In this document: in pieces, positions 20,327 to 30,958 of the stretch
Layout of the letters: each line of letters starts with the position of its first letter
Numbering within the stretch: the stretch's first letter is position 1
Assembly: GCA_029960955.1 (NCBI GenBank)
Contig: JASBVS010000009.1
Span: 22,645 to 86,644 of the forward strand
From: Bacillota bacterium
GTDB taxonomy: Bacteria > Bacillota > Sulfobacillia > JAIMAT01
DNA: 64,000 nt
Direction: 5' to 3'
Translations under genes and position numbers: made by a program
Notes under the pieces: model-generated
Database searches by the model: none
What the model saw: the letters and a program-made list of their open reading frames with translations, nothing else
What the model was told of the DNA's origin: nothing

Positions 20327-21898
20327 TCAGCGCCGGCCCGTCGGCTCGCCCGTCGCCGGGTCCAGGAAGAGCGGCGCGTTGGAGGGGCCGTGGCTGAAGT
20401 CGAACATGTTCAGGATGCTGCCGGCCACCGCGTCCATCGACTGGTCGCCGATGCGCCCCAGCGACCAGTTGTCCTCGATGAAGCGGAGGATGGAGGCCTG
20501 GTCCGTCAGCGTGTGGTCGACGAAGTTCCGCTTCGCCCACGGCGAGATGACCAGGAAGGGCTGCCGCGGACCGTAGCCGCACCGGTCCAGGTAGGCGCCC
20601 GGCTTGGGCGTCCCGCAGTTCCCCGGACCCGCCAGCGCGTCCCAGGCGGGGTCGTTGGACGGGCTGACGATGGGCGGCACCACGTGGTCGTACCAGCCGT
20701 CCGAGTCGTCGTAGGCGATGATCACCGCCGTGCTCCGCCACTCGGGCAGCCGCTCCAGCCGGTTGATCGTGTCGACGAGGAACGCCTGCTCGTCCAGCGG
20801 ATCCGAGTAGGCCGCGTGGCCGTCCTGGTAGGCGGGCGCCTTGAGGAAGCTGACCGCCGGCAGGTGCCCCGACTCGGCCGCCGCCCAGAAGTCGCTCAGG
20901 TCGTACTGGTGGTTGGCCTGGTCGGTGTAGCCGATCCGGGCCACCGAGCTCGGCGGCAGGTGGTGCGGGTTGGCGGTCGACTGGAAGTACTGGAACGGCT
21001 CGTGGTGCGGGATGTAGTCGGTCACCTGGGCGCCGGCGATGTTCTTGTGGGCCGAGCCGGTGATCGCCTTGCCGTCGGCGGTCCTCCCCGTCGGCCGGAA
21101 GCCGCCCTCGAACCAGCCCCAGGTGACGCCCTTGGCGTTGAGCAGGTCGCCGACGTTCTTGCCGGTCAGCGCCACCGTCGTCCCCTGGGAGGCGTCGTCG
21201 TAGGTGGGGTCGAGGTCGCTGAAGATGGTGCCGTTGGCCACCTTGCCGTAGACTTCCGCGGGCACCGTGCCGTGGGTGGTGCCGGCGATCAGGTTGAGCG
21301 CCCCCGGCGTCGAGGGCCCGAAGGTGGTGCTGAACGAGTTGTCGTTCATGGCGAAGTGCTGGGCGTAGTTCCAGAGCGCCGTCACCGTGTTGCCGTCGTA
21401 GTAGCCCATCACCAGGTTGGGGTCGCACTGGTCGTAGCGGGCTCCGGTCTCCTGCACGAACCGGTCCATCAGCCCGCCGTCCACGGCCTTCTGCTCGGCG
21501 GTATAGCCGTGGTTCATGTCGCAGGTGACGGCCTGCGAGCGGTCGAGGCGGAAGGGCTTGGCGGCGTTGGGGTTGGCCTGGAGGAGGGGGCCGTTGAGCC
21601 CGTTGACGTTGGGCGTGCCGGGCGCCGCCACGAAGGCCGGTTCGCCCTTCGGGTTCTGGGCGTACGGGTAGGTGGCGAAGTAGTGGTCGAAGGAGACGTT
21701 CTCCTGGAAGATGACCACCAGGTGCTTGATGGGCGTGGCCGTGCGGTACGCGTCGGCGGGATCGGACTGCGCGCCGACGGCGGCGGGTGCGCGCAGCGTC
21801 ATCCCGCCGGCCACGAGGGCGAGTGCGAGACCCGCCCCCAACCAACCGAGCCAGCGCCGGCGCCGCGGCGCCGGCCAGGACCACCCAGGAAGTCGCAC
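20327..21898 (-). CDS. Secreted phosphoesterase-family protein (non-haemolytic phospholipase C / AcpA acid-phosphatase family)
   Basis: GTG start with a [12 protein letters not shown]. Signal peptide MRLPGWSWPAPRRRRWLGWLGAGLALALVAGG (Tat-like RRRRW). Phosphoesterase-family blocks (HLVVIFQENVSFDHYFATYP..., IIAYDDSDGWYDHV). Confidence 0.8.
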   Translation of the reverse strand: MRLPGWSWPAPRRRRWLGWLGAGLALALVAGGMTLRAPAAVGAQSDPADAYRTATPIKHLVVIFQENVSFDHYFATYPYAQNPKGEPAFVAAPGTPNVNGLNGPLLQANPNAAKPFRLDRSQAVTCDMNHGYTAEQKAVDGGLMDRFVQETGARYDQCDPNLVMGYYDGNTVTALWNYAQHFAMNDNSFSTTFGPSTPGALNLIAGTTHGTVPAEVYGKVANGTIFSDLDPTYDDASQGTTVALTGKNVGDLLNAKGVTWGWFEGGFRPTGRTADGKAITGSAHKNIAGAQVTDYIPHHEPFQYFQSTANPHHLPPSSVARIGYTDQANHQYDLSDFWAAAESGHLPAVSFLKAPAYQDGHAAYSDPLDEQAFLVDTINRLERLPEWRSTAVIIAYDDSDGWYDHVVPPIVSPSNDPAWDALAGPGNCGTPKPGAYLDRCGYGPRQPFLVISPWAKRNFVDHTLTDQASILRFIEDNWSLGRIGDQSMDAVAGSILNMFDFSHGPSNAPLFLDPATGEPTGRR

Positions 21899-22057
21899 GT
21901 CGTCCCCTCCCTCGGACGGGCTTTCCCGATAGTTCCTGCATTGCCAACTTGTCCGACCCGTCCGGGGAGAGCCTATCCGCCCGCCGGCCGCGGGTGGTTA
22001 GGGAGGCGTTAAGGCCGCCTCCGCAGCGCACGGCCGCTAGGCCGCCGACGCGCCCGC

Positions 22058-22684
22058 TTACAGCAGCCCCCGCCGCACGCCCTCCATCACCGCCTCGACG
22101 CGCCCCCGCACCTTCAGCTTGCGGAAGAGCGCCAGCACCCGGTCCTTGACGGCGCTCTCGCTGAGGAAGAGGCGGGCGGCGATCTCGCGGTTGGTGGCGC
22201 CCTCGGCGATGAGGCGGAGCAGCTGGAGCTCCTCCGGGGTGATCTCTTCCTCGTGACGGCGCTCCTTGACCGTCTCCATGAGGAGAGCGGCCGCCTGCGG
22301 CGCCAGGGCGGCGTCCCCCCGCACCACCGCCCGCACGGCCCGGACCAGGTCGAAGCCTTCCACGTCCTTGAGCAGGTAGCCCCGCGCGCCCGCCTCGACG
22401 CACTCCCGCACCAGCGTGTCGCTGATGAAGCTGCTCAGGATGAGCACAGCGGTGCCGGGGCAGCGGTCGCGCATCTGGCGGCAGAGCTCGATGCCGCTCA
22501 TGCCGCCCAGGCGGATGTCGACCACGGCCACGTCCGGCCCGCTGCGCGCCGCCGCGGCCACCGCCTCCTCGGCGGAGCCCACCGCGCCGACCACCTCCAG
22601 GTCCCGCTCGGCAGCCAGCAGTGCGGAGACGCCCTGCCGCACGATCTCGTGGTCATCCACCACCAGCACCCGTATCCGTGGCAA
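22058..22684 (-). CDS. NarL/LuxR-family response regulator
   Basis: REC domain (VLVVDDHEIVRQG...DVAVVDIRLGGMSG, conserved D and K) plus a C-terminal LuxR HTH (LLRLIAEGATNREIAARLFLSESAVKDRV). The start overlaps the 3' end of the upstream kinase gene by 32 nt. Confidence 0.9.
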   Translation of the reverse strand: MPRIRVLVVDDHEIVRQGVSALLAAERDLEVVGAVGSAEEAVAAAARSGPDVAVVDIRLGGMSGIELCRQMRDRCPGTAVLILSSFISDTLVRECVEAGARGYLLKDVEGFDLVRAVRAVVRGDAALAPQAAALLMETVKERRHEEEITPEELQLLRLIAEGATNREIAARLFLSESAVKDRVLALFRKLKVRGRVEAVMEGVRRGLL

Positions 22685-23852
22685 CGCGGACCTCCCCCGG
22701 CGGGCACCGCCCGGGCTCCAGCGGCGCCCAGACGCGCAGCACGCAGCCGCCGTCGACGCCGGCGCGCAGCTCGGCGCCCCCTCCCAGCCGCCCGGCCAGC
22801 CGGCGGATACCGGCCAGGCCGAAGCGCTGTCCGCGGCCGGCCTGCCGCAGGGCGCCGGCGTCCGGGCCGACGCCGTCGTCCTGCACCGTCAGCCGGACGG
22901 ACGAGCCGTCGACGGCCAGGTTGACCACCGCCATGCGGGCGCGCGCGTGCTTGGCCACGTTGGTCAGCGCCTCCCGCGCCGCCCGGTGGATCAGCTCCCG
23001 CACCGGCGCGGTCACCCGGTGGACCGGACCCGTGACGATGAGGCCCACCTCGAAGCCGAATTGCGCCTTGAACTCCTCGGTGAGCGAGGTGAGGAGCTCG
23101 TAGAGGCCGGCTTCCTCCGGCAGGCCGCCCCGCTCGTGGAGCTCGGCGATGGCCGCGCGGACGGCGGCGGAGCCCCGGGAAGCGAGGGCTGCGATGGAGG
23201 CGAGCCGCTCCCGCTGGTCCTCGGGCAGCAGCTCGCGCAGGCGCTCGGCCTCGAGGCCGATGCGGAAGAAGATCTGCGCGACGGTGTCGTGGAGCTCCAT
23301 GGCCAGCCGCTGCCGCTCCCGCAAGACCGCCAGCTCCTCGGCCTGCTGGTAGAGGCGGGCGTTGTGGATGGCGACCGCCGCGTGCGCCGCGAAGGCCACC
23401 ATCAGTTCCTCGTCCTCGCGGCTGAAGGGGTGCCCGCCCGTCAGGTTGGCGACGAAGAGCGTGCCCAGGATCTGCTCCTGGAAGCGGAGCGGCACGCCCA
23501 GGAAGGGTCCCACCGGCGGGTGGCCCGGCGGCGTCCCCACCGCCAGCGGGTGGCTGGGGACGTCGTCCACACGGAGCGGGCAGCCGGTCTTGAGCGGCAG
23601 GTTGAAGAGCCCCGCCCCGGTGGGGTAGTGGGCGGGCGGCGTCTCCCAGCCGGAGACCCAGAAGCCGCCGTACCGGTCGGGCTCGTCCTCGTCGAGCACG
23701 AGCAGCCCGCTGATGTCGGCGCTGCAGAGGTCGCGGGCGCTGTCGACCACCGTCTGCAGAAGAACGCCCAGGTCGAGCTGCGAGGCGAGCAGCGAGCTCA
23801 TCTCGAGGAGGGTCGCGAGCCGGCGCGCCTTCGCCTCGGTGCCCATCCTCAC
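22653..23852 (-). CDS. Soluble GAF-domain sensor histidine kinase (HisKA_3 / NarX-DegS type)
   Basis: No transmembrane segments. N-terminal GAF, H-box ELHDTVAQIFF, HATPase_c motifs (EALTNVAKHA, VQDDGVG). The GTG at 23852 overlaps the stop of the upstream xdhC gene (GTGA). Confidence 0.85.
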   Translation of the reverse strand: MRMGTEAKARRLATLLEMSSLLASQLDLGVLLQTVVDSARDLCSADISGLLVLDEDEPDRYGGFWVSGWETPPAHYPTGAGLFNLPLKTGCPLRVDDVPSHPLAVGTPPGHPPVGPFLGVPLRFQEQILGTLFVANLTGGHPFSREDEELMVAFAAHAAVAIHNARLYQQAEELAVLRERQRLAMELHDTVAQIFFRIGLEAERLRELLPEDQRERLASIAALASRGSAAVRAAIAELHERGGLPEEAGLYELLTSLTEEFKAQFGFEVGLIVTGPVHRVTAPVRELIHRAAREALTNVAKHARARMAVVNLAVDGSSVRLTVQDDGVGPDAGALRQAGRGQRFGLAGIRRLAGRLGGGAELRAGVDGGCVLRVWAPLEPGRCPPGEVRVATDTGAGGG

Positions 23853-24952
23853 CGCCCCCCGAAGCCCGCCGCCCCGGCCCCGGAGCCGTCTCCGGCGGCC
23901 GCCGGCGGGGCGCCGCCGGGAAGATAGCGCTCCGGCTCCCGGAGGAAGCGCTGCCGGCAGGGCTCGCCGCAGAAGTAGAAGAGACCCCCTGCGTACTCGG
24001 CGCGCAGCGCCTGCGCGTCCACCTCCACCTGCATGCCGCAGACCGGGTCCTCGGCAACCGGCGGCGCCTGCCCGGGCTCGGCCTCCCGTCGCGGCGCGGC
24101 CCGCTCGGCCCGGCGCCGCTCCGCCACCAGCTCGGCCAGGATGGAGAGCGCGATCTCCTCCTGGGTGGCCGCGCCGATGTCGAGGCCGGCGGGGTTGCGG
24201 ATGCGAGCCAGCTGCGCTTCCTCCAGCCCCCAGCCCGCGAGCACCTCGCGGACGGCCCGGGCCCGCCGGCGGCTGGCCACGAGCCCCACGTAGCGCGCCT
24301 CCGTGCGCAGCGCCAGGGCCAGCGCCTCCTCGTCGCAGATGCCGGCCGAGGCGACCACCACGTAGGCGGGCCGGTCGCGGACCAGCTCCGGCAGCGCCTC
24401 GAGCCCCGGCGGCCGGCCGTCCCCCCGGGGGGCGGCGGGCGCGGCGGAGCCGGGCGCCTCCTGCGCCGGCTCGCCCCGCCCGGGGAGCGCCGCCACGTCG
24501 AAGCCCACCGTCTCGCCCATGCGGACGAGGGCGCGCGTCAGCGGCGTCTCGCCGACGACGACCAGCCGGGGCGGGGCCACCCGGGGCTCGATGAAGACCT
24601 CCATGGCGCCGCCGCTGGGGCAGGTGAGCGCCACGGCCGCCTCCTCCCCCTCCGCGACGCCGCTCTCCGCGGGGAGGGGCGTCGCTTCCTCGCGCGTCGC
24701 CAGCCGGAGAAGGCGCGGCCGGCCGGAGCGGATGGCCGCCAGCGCCTCGCGGCGGACCGCCGACTGGGAGCAGGCACCGCCCACCCAGCCGGTCATCCGC
24801 CCGTCGGCGGTGACCACCGCCCGGTCGCCCACGCGGGCGGAGACGGGGGCCCGGCGCGCGACCACCGTGGCCACGGCGTACGGTTCGCCGCGGGCCTCCA
24901 GCTCGTCGACGAGTCGGATCAGCTCCTCGCCGCCCAACGCCTGCCCGATCAA
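23849..24952 (-). CDS. XdhC/CoxI-family Mo-cofactor insertion chaperone fused to a C-terminal YHS (TRASH-like) metal-binding domain
   Basis: N-terminus MIGQALGGEELIRLVDELEARGEPYAVATVV (XdhC_CoxI) followed by an XdhC Rossmann-like region. The C-terminal 45 aa, DPVCGMQVEVDAQALRAEYAGGLFYFCGEPCRQRFLREPERY, match the YHS-domain consensus (DPVCGM..YYFCS..C). Confidence 0.8.
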   Translation of the reverse strand: MIGQALGGEELIRLVDELEARGEPYAVATVVARRAPVSARVGDRAVVTADGRMTGWVGGACSQSAVRREALAAIRSGRPRLLRLATREEATPLPAESGVAEGEEAAVALTCPSGGAMEVFIEPRVAPPRLVVVGETPLTRALVRMGETVGFDVAALPGRGEPAQEAPGSAAPAAPRGDGRPPGLEALPELVRDRPAYVVVASAGICDEEALALALRTEARYVGLVASRRRARAVREVLAGWGLEEAQLARIRNPAGLDIGAATQEEIALSILAELVAERRRAERAAPRREAEPGQAPPVAEDPVCGMQVEVDAQALRAEYAGGLFYFCGEPCRQRFLREPERYLPGGAPPAAAGDGSGAGAAGFGGR

Positions 24953-24959
24953 GGCCGGA

Positions 24960-25424
24960 TCACCCCGCCTCGCCCGCCGGCTCCGCCTCCAGCTCGCGCC
25001 GGATCGCGCCGAACATCTGCTCCACCACCTTGCGCGCCTGCCCCTCCAGGAGCCGCCCCCCCACGGTGGCCAGGGTGCCGCTCACCGAGGCTTCCGCCTG
25101 CCAGGCCACCTCCGTCTGCCCGTCCACGGGCGTCAGGCGGGCCGAGCTCCGGACCGTCAGGCCGCTTCCCAGGCCGCTCCCCTGGATGGAGATGCGGGCC
25201 TCGGCGTCGTCCTCCCCCGGCTCCAGGGCGACGTCCAGGCGGAGGCGCCCCCGCACCGGACCGACGCCCACCCGCACGTGGGCCGTGAAGTGGGCCTCGT
25301 CCGCCACCTCCAGCTCCTGCAGGTCGGGCAGGCAGCGACCCACCCGTTCCGGGGCGAGGAGGAAGGCGCGGACCTCCTCCCGGCGCCGGCGGATGCTCTC
25401 GCTCCCCTCGAAGCGCATGTTCAC
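24960..25424 (-). CDS. coxG: Carbon monoxide dehydrogenase subunit G (CoxG, SRPBCC fold)
   Basis: 154-aa SRPBCC/CoxG-family protein (MRFEGSESI...VGGRLLEGQARKVVEQMF), immediately downstream of coxL. Confidence 0.8.
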   Translation of the reverse strand: MNMRFEGSESIRRRREEVRAFLLAPERVGRCLPDLQELEVADEAHFTAHVRVGVGPVRGRLRLDVALEPGEDDAEARISIQGSGLGSGLTVRSSARLTPVDGQTEVAWQAEASVSGTLATVGGRLLEGQARKVVEQMFGAIRRELEAEPAGEAG

Positions 25425-25430
25425 CGCCGC

Positions 25431-27775
<2,345 letters not shown>

Positions 27776-27779
<4 letters not shown>

Positions 27780-28318
27780 GGGACCATCCCTCCCCTGGCC
27801 GCGCTGGCCGCGCCGGCCGCGCCCTGGCCCGCGGACACCGGCTCGGCCGCGCCGCGCATCGCCCGCGCCGCCTCCTGGATCGCCCTGACGATGTTCTGGT
27901 AGCCGGTGCAGCGGCAGAGGTTGCCGGAGATGGCGCGGCGGATCTCCTCCTCGCCCGGATCGGGCCGGCGCTCGAGGAGCGCCGCCCCGGTCATGAGCAT
28001 GCCGGGCGTGCAGTAGCCGCACTGCAGCCCGTGCTGCTCCCAGAAGGCCTGCTGCAGCGGGTGGAGCTCGCCCTCGCGCGCCAGCCCCTCCACGGTGGTG
28101 ACGGCATGCCCCTCGGCCTGGACGGCGAAGAGCGTGCACGACTTGACCGGGCGCCCGTCCAGGAGGACCGTGCAGGCGCCGCAGCTGGTCGTGTCGCAGC
28201 CCACGTGCGTCCCGGTCAGGCCCGCCTCCTCGCGGATGAAGTGGACGAGAAGCCTCCTGGGCTCCACGACGCCGGTATACGGCTGCCCGTTGATGGTCAG
28301 GGTCAGCTCCCGCTTCAC
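27776..28318 (-). CDS. coxS: CO dehydrogenase small (2Fe-2S) subunit
   Basis: GTG at 28318 ([16 protein letters not shown]) with a GGGGGAGG SD. Plant-type and second [2Fe-2S] cysteine motifs ([24 protein letters not shown]). Confidence 0.9.
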
Positions 28319-28341
28319 TCCTCTCGCCTCCCCCTCGCGGC

Positions 28342-29214
28342 TCACGCAGCCAGGGCGCGCTCGGCCGCCCGGGCCAGCGCCCGGACGGTCAGGATCCGCA
28401 CCATGTCGCGCTTGTACGCCTCCGAGCCGCGCGTGTCGGCCACCGGCGAGGAAGCCGCCGCCGCCAGCTCCCCCGCCCTCTCCAGCACCTCCGGCTCGAA
28501 GCGCTTCCCCGCGAGGAACGCCTCCGCCTCGCGGGCGCGGAGCGAGGTGGGGCCGACGGCGCAGAGGCCGACGCCCGCGGCCGTGCACCTCCCATCGGCG
28601 TCGAAGGCGACCTGGACGCCCACGGCGGCGGTGGCGAAGTCGCCCACCTTCCGCTCGATCTTCAGGTAGGCGCCGCCGCTGCGCGGCGCGGGCGCCGGCA
28701 CCCGGATCTCGGTCAGGATCTCGTCGGGCGAGATGGCGGTGGTGAAGGTGTCGACCAGGAAGTCCTCCAGCGCAAGCTCCCGCTCGCCCCCCGGACCCGT
28801 CAGCACCACCCGCGCCCTGGCCGCCAGCAGCGCCGCCCCCCAGTCCCCCGCGGGGTCGGCGTGGACCAGGGAGCCGGCGACCGTCCCCAGGTTGCGGACC
28901 AGCGGGTCGGCGACCACGCTCGCCGTCTCCGCCAGGAGCGGGTAGCGGTCGCGGATGAGCGGCGAGGCCTCCATCTCCGCGTGGCGCACCAGCGGGCCGA
29001 TGCGCAGCACCCCTTCCTCCTCCGCCAGGAAGTCGAGCCCGGGGATCCGCTGGATGTCGACGAGCACCCCGGGCCGCGCCAGGCGGAAGCGCATGGCCGG
29101 GATCAGGCTCTGGCCTCCCGCGATCACCTTGGCCTCCTCGCCGTGGCGCCTCAGCAGCTCCACGGCCTCCGGAAGCGAGCCGGGCGCGGCATAATCGAAG
29201 GCGGCCGGGATCAC
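28342..29214 (-). CDS. coxM: CO dehydrogenase medium (FAD-binding) subunit
   Basis: GTG at 29214 ([21 protein letters not shown], the canonical CoxM start) with AGGAGGGAGGG upstream. FAD-binding domain AGGQSLIP. 290 aa. Confidence 0.85.
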   Translation of the reverse strand: MIPAAFDYAAPGSLPEAVELLRRHGEEAKVIAGGQSLIPAMRFRLARPGVLVDIQRIPGLDFLAEEEGVLRIGPLVRHAEMEASPLIRDRYPLLAETASVVADPLVRNLGTVAGSLVHADPAGDWGAALLAARARVVLTGPGGERELALEDFLVDTFTTAISPDEILTEIRVPAPAPRSGGAYLKIERKVGDFATAAVGVQVAFDADGRCTAAGVGLCAVGPTSLRAREAEAFLAGKRFEPEVLERAGELAAAASSPVADTRGSEAYKRDMVRILTVRALARAAERALAA

Positions 29215-29229
29215 ATGCCCTCCCTCCTC

Positions 29230-29268
29230 GCCTCTATTTGAATAAAAGTTACTTTCATTAGCAAGGCG
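29230..29268. promoter_or_regulatory. AT-rich promoter island between divergent coxM and the TIGR00725 gene
   Basis: CTCTATTTGAATAAAAGTTACTTTCATTAGCAAGG has about 25% GC in a 75% GC genome. On the minus strand it reads TTGCTA-N17-TCAAAT, about 20 nt upstream of the coxM GTG and SD. Confidence 0.4.
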
Positions 29269-29353
29269 GGCGGGGAGCCGAACGGGCGGAGTTGGCGCCA
29301 CCGTTCGGTGGGGCGGCCGCCCGCCGGTCGGAGGCGCCGGAGGTGACCTTCCT

Positions 29354-29887
29354 GTGGAGGAGGAGGCGGCCGGCCGGGGCGCGGCTCCGCTGCGCATCGC
29401 CGTGGCCGGCGGGCACGAGTGCACCCCGGAGGAGGCGGCCCTCGCCAGGCGGGCCGGCGAGCTCCTGGCCGAGGCGCGTGCCGTGGTGCTCTGCGGGGGT
29501 TACGGCGGCGTGATGGCGGCGGTGGCCGAGGGCGCGCGGTCGGCGGGCGGCCTCGTGGTCGGCCTGCTGGCGGGCGACTCCCTCGCGGGCGCGGCGCCCG
29601 ACCTGACCGTCGCCCTTCCCACCGGCCTGGGCGAGATGCGGAACGCCCTCCTGGTCCGCGCCGGCGACGCCCTCCTGGCCATCGGTGGCGGTTTCGGAAC
29701 GCTCTCCGAGATCGCCCTGGCGGTGCGGACGGGCAAGCCCGTGGTCGGGCTGGCCACCTGGGAGTTTCGCGACCCCCACGGCGGCCCGGACCCCGTCCTG
29801 CGCGCCAGCGGAGTGGAGGAGGCGGTGGCCGCGGTCCTGCGCCTGGCGGCGGCCGTGCGCGGGCCGGCGACGCCGCCCGGCGCCTAG
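29354..29887 (+). CDS. TIGR00725 / LOG-like Rossmann-fold nucleotide-binding protein
   Basis: IAVAGGHECTPEEAALARRAGELLAEARAVVLCGGYGGVMAAVAEGARSAGGLVVGLLAG matches the TIGR00725 pattern (v.GGs..GvMea...Ga...GG..iGi). Divergent from coxM. Confidence 0.65.
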   Translation: MEEEAAGRGAAPLRIAVAGGHECTPEEAALARRAGELLAEARAVVLCGGYGGVMAAVAEGARSAGGLVVGLLAGDSLAGAAPDLTVALPTGLGEMRNALLVRAGDALLAIGGGFGTLSEIALAVRTGKPVVGLATWEFRDPHGGPDPVLRASGVEEAVAAVLRLAAAVRGPATPPGA

Positions 29888-30903
29888 CCCTCCGCCGGCG
29901 CCGGCCCGGAGGAGGCGCGGACGACCAGCCGGGGCTCCAGCACCACGTGGCGGCTGGAGGGAGTCCTGCCGGCGATCCGGTCGATCAGCATCCGCGCCCC
30001 CTCGGCCCCCATGCGCCGCGGCCAGGCGGCGATGGTCGTCAGCGGCGGGCTGATCTGGGAGGCCAGCTCGATGTCGTTGAAGCCGACCAGCGAGACGTCC
30101 CCGGGCACGCGCAGGCCGGCCGCGTGGCAGGCGGAGAGCGCGCCCAGGGCGATCAGGTCGTTGGCGCAGAAGACCGCCGTCGGCCGCGGCCGGAGCGCGA
30201 GCAGCCGCTCCATCGCCCGGCGGCCGCTCGCCTGCTGGAACTGCGCCTCCACCACGTAGCCGTCCGCGAAGTCGAGGCCGAACTCCTGGAGGGCGAGCCG
30301 GTAGCCCTGCAGCCGCTCCAGGGCGGTGTTGGCGTAGAGCGGACCGGTGATGTGGGCGATCCTGCGGTGCCCCAGGCGCACGAGGTGCTCCACCGCCATG
30401 TAGGCGCCCTTCTGGCCGTCGACGATGACGTAGTGGTCCGCCTCCTCCTGCGTCCGGCGGTTGACCAGGACGAAGGGGACCTGCTTGCGGCGCAGCTCCT
30501 CGATCAGCCGGTCCTGGGTGAGAGCGGTGGCCAGCATCAGCCCGTCGACGCGGCTCTCCTCCAGCACCCGCAGGTAGGCCTGGGCGGTGCCCACGTCCTC
30601 GTGGGTGTTCATCAGCAACAGGAAGTACCCGTGCTGTTCGGCTTCCGCCTGGGCGCCGTCGATCACCTCGGCGAAGAAGGGGTTGGTGATGTCCGGCACC
30701 AGCACGCCAACGGTGAAGGTATGGCGCAGCCGCAGGCTCCGGGCGATGGCGTTGGGCGAGTAGCCCAGCTCGGCGGCCGCCTGGAGCACCCGCTGGCGCG
30801 TCTCGCTCCGCGCGGGCTTCCCCGCCAGGACCCTGGAGACCGTCGACGGATCGACCTGGGCGCGGGCCGCGACGTCGCGGACCGTCACCGGGCGCTTGGG
30901 CAT
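29884..30903 (-). CDS. LacI-family transcriptional regulator
   Basis: N-terminal HTH VTVRDVAARAQVDPSTVSRVLAG plus a periplasmic-binding-protein-like sugar-binding core. 339 aa. Confidence 0.9.
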   Translation of the reverse strand: MPKRPVTVRDVAARAQVDPSTVSRVLAGKPARSETRQRVLQAAAELGYSPNAIARSLRLRHTFTVGVLVPDITNPFFAEVIDGAQAEAEQHGYFLLLMNTHEDVGTAQAYLRVLEESRVDGLMLATALTQDRLIEELRRKQVPFVLVNRRTQEEADHYVIVDGQKGAYMAVEHLVRLGHRRIAHITGPLYANTALERLQGYRLALQEFGLDFADGYVVEAQFQQASGRRAMERLLALRPRPTAVFCANDLIALGALSACHAAGLRVPGDVSLVGFNDIELASQISPPLTTIAAWPRRMGAEGARMLIDRIAGRTPSSRHVVLEPRLVVRASSGPAPAEG

Positions 30904-30958
30904 GGCGTCCTTCCTCCCGGGCCATTCTAGCCTCCGCCACCGCGCTCCCGCCGGGGCG

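Noticed and set aside
21999-22021. Hairpin GGAGGCG-TTAAGGC-CGCCTCC 40-60 nt downstream of the response-regulator gene
   Set aside because: It is a stable stem but has no U-tract on either strand, so I did not call it an intrinsic terminator. It could be a Rho-dependent or RNA-stability element.
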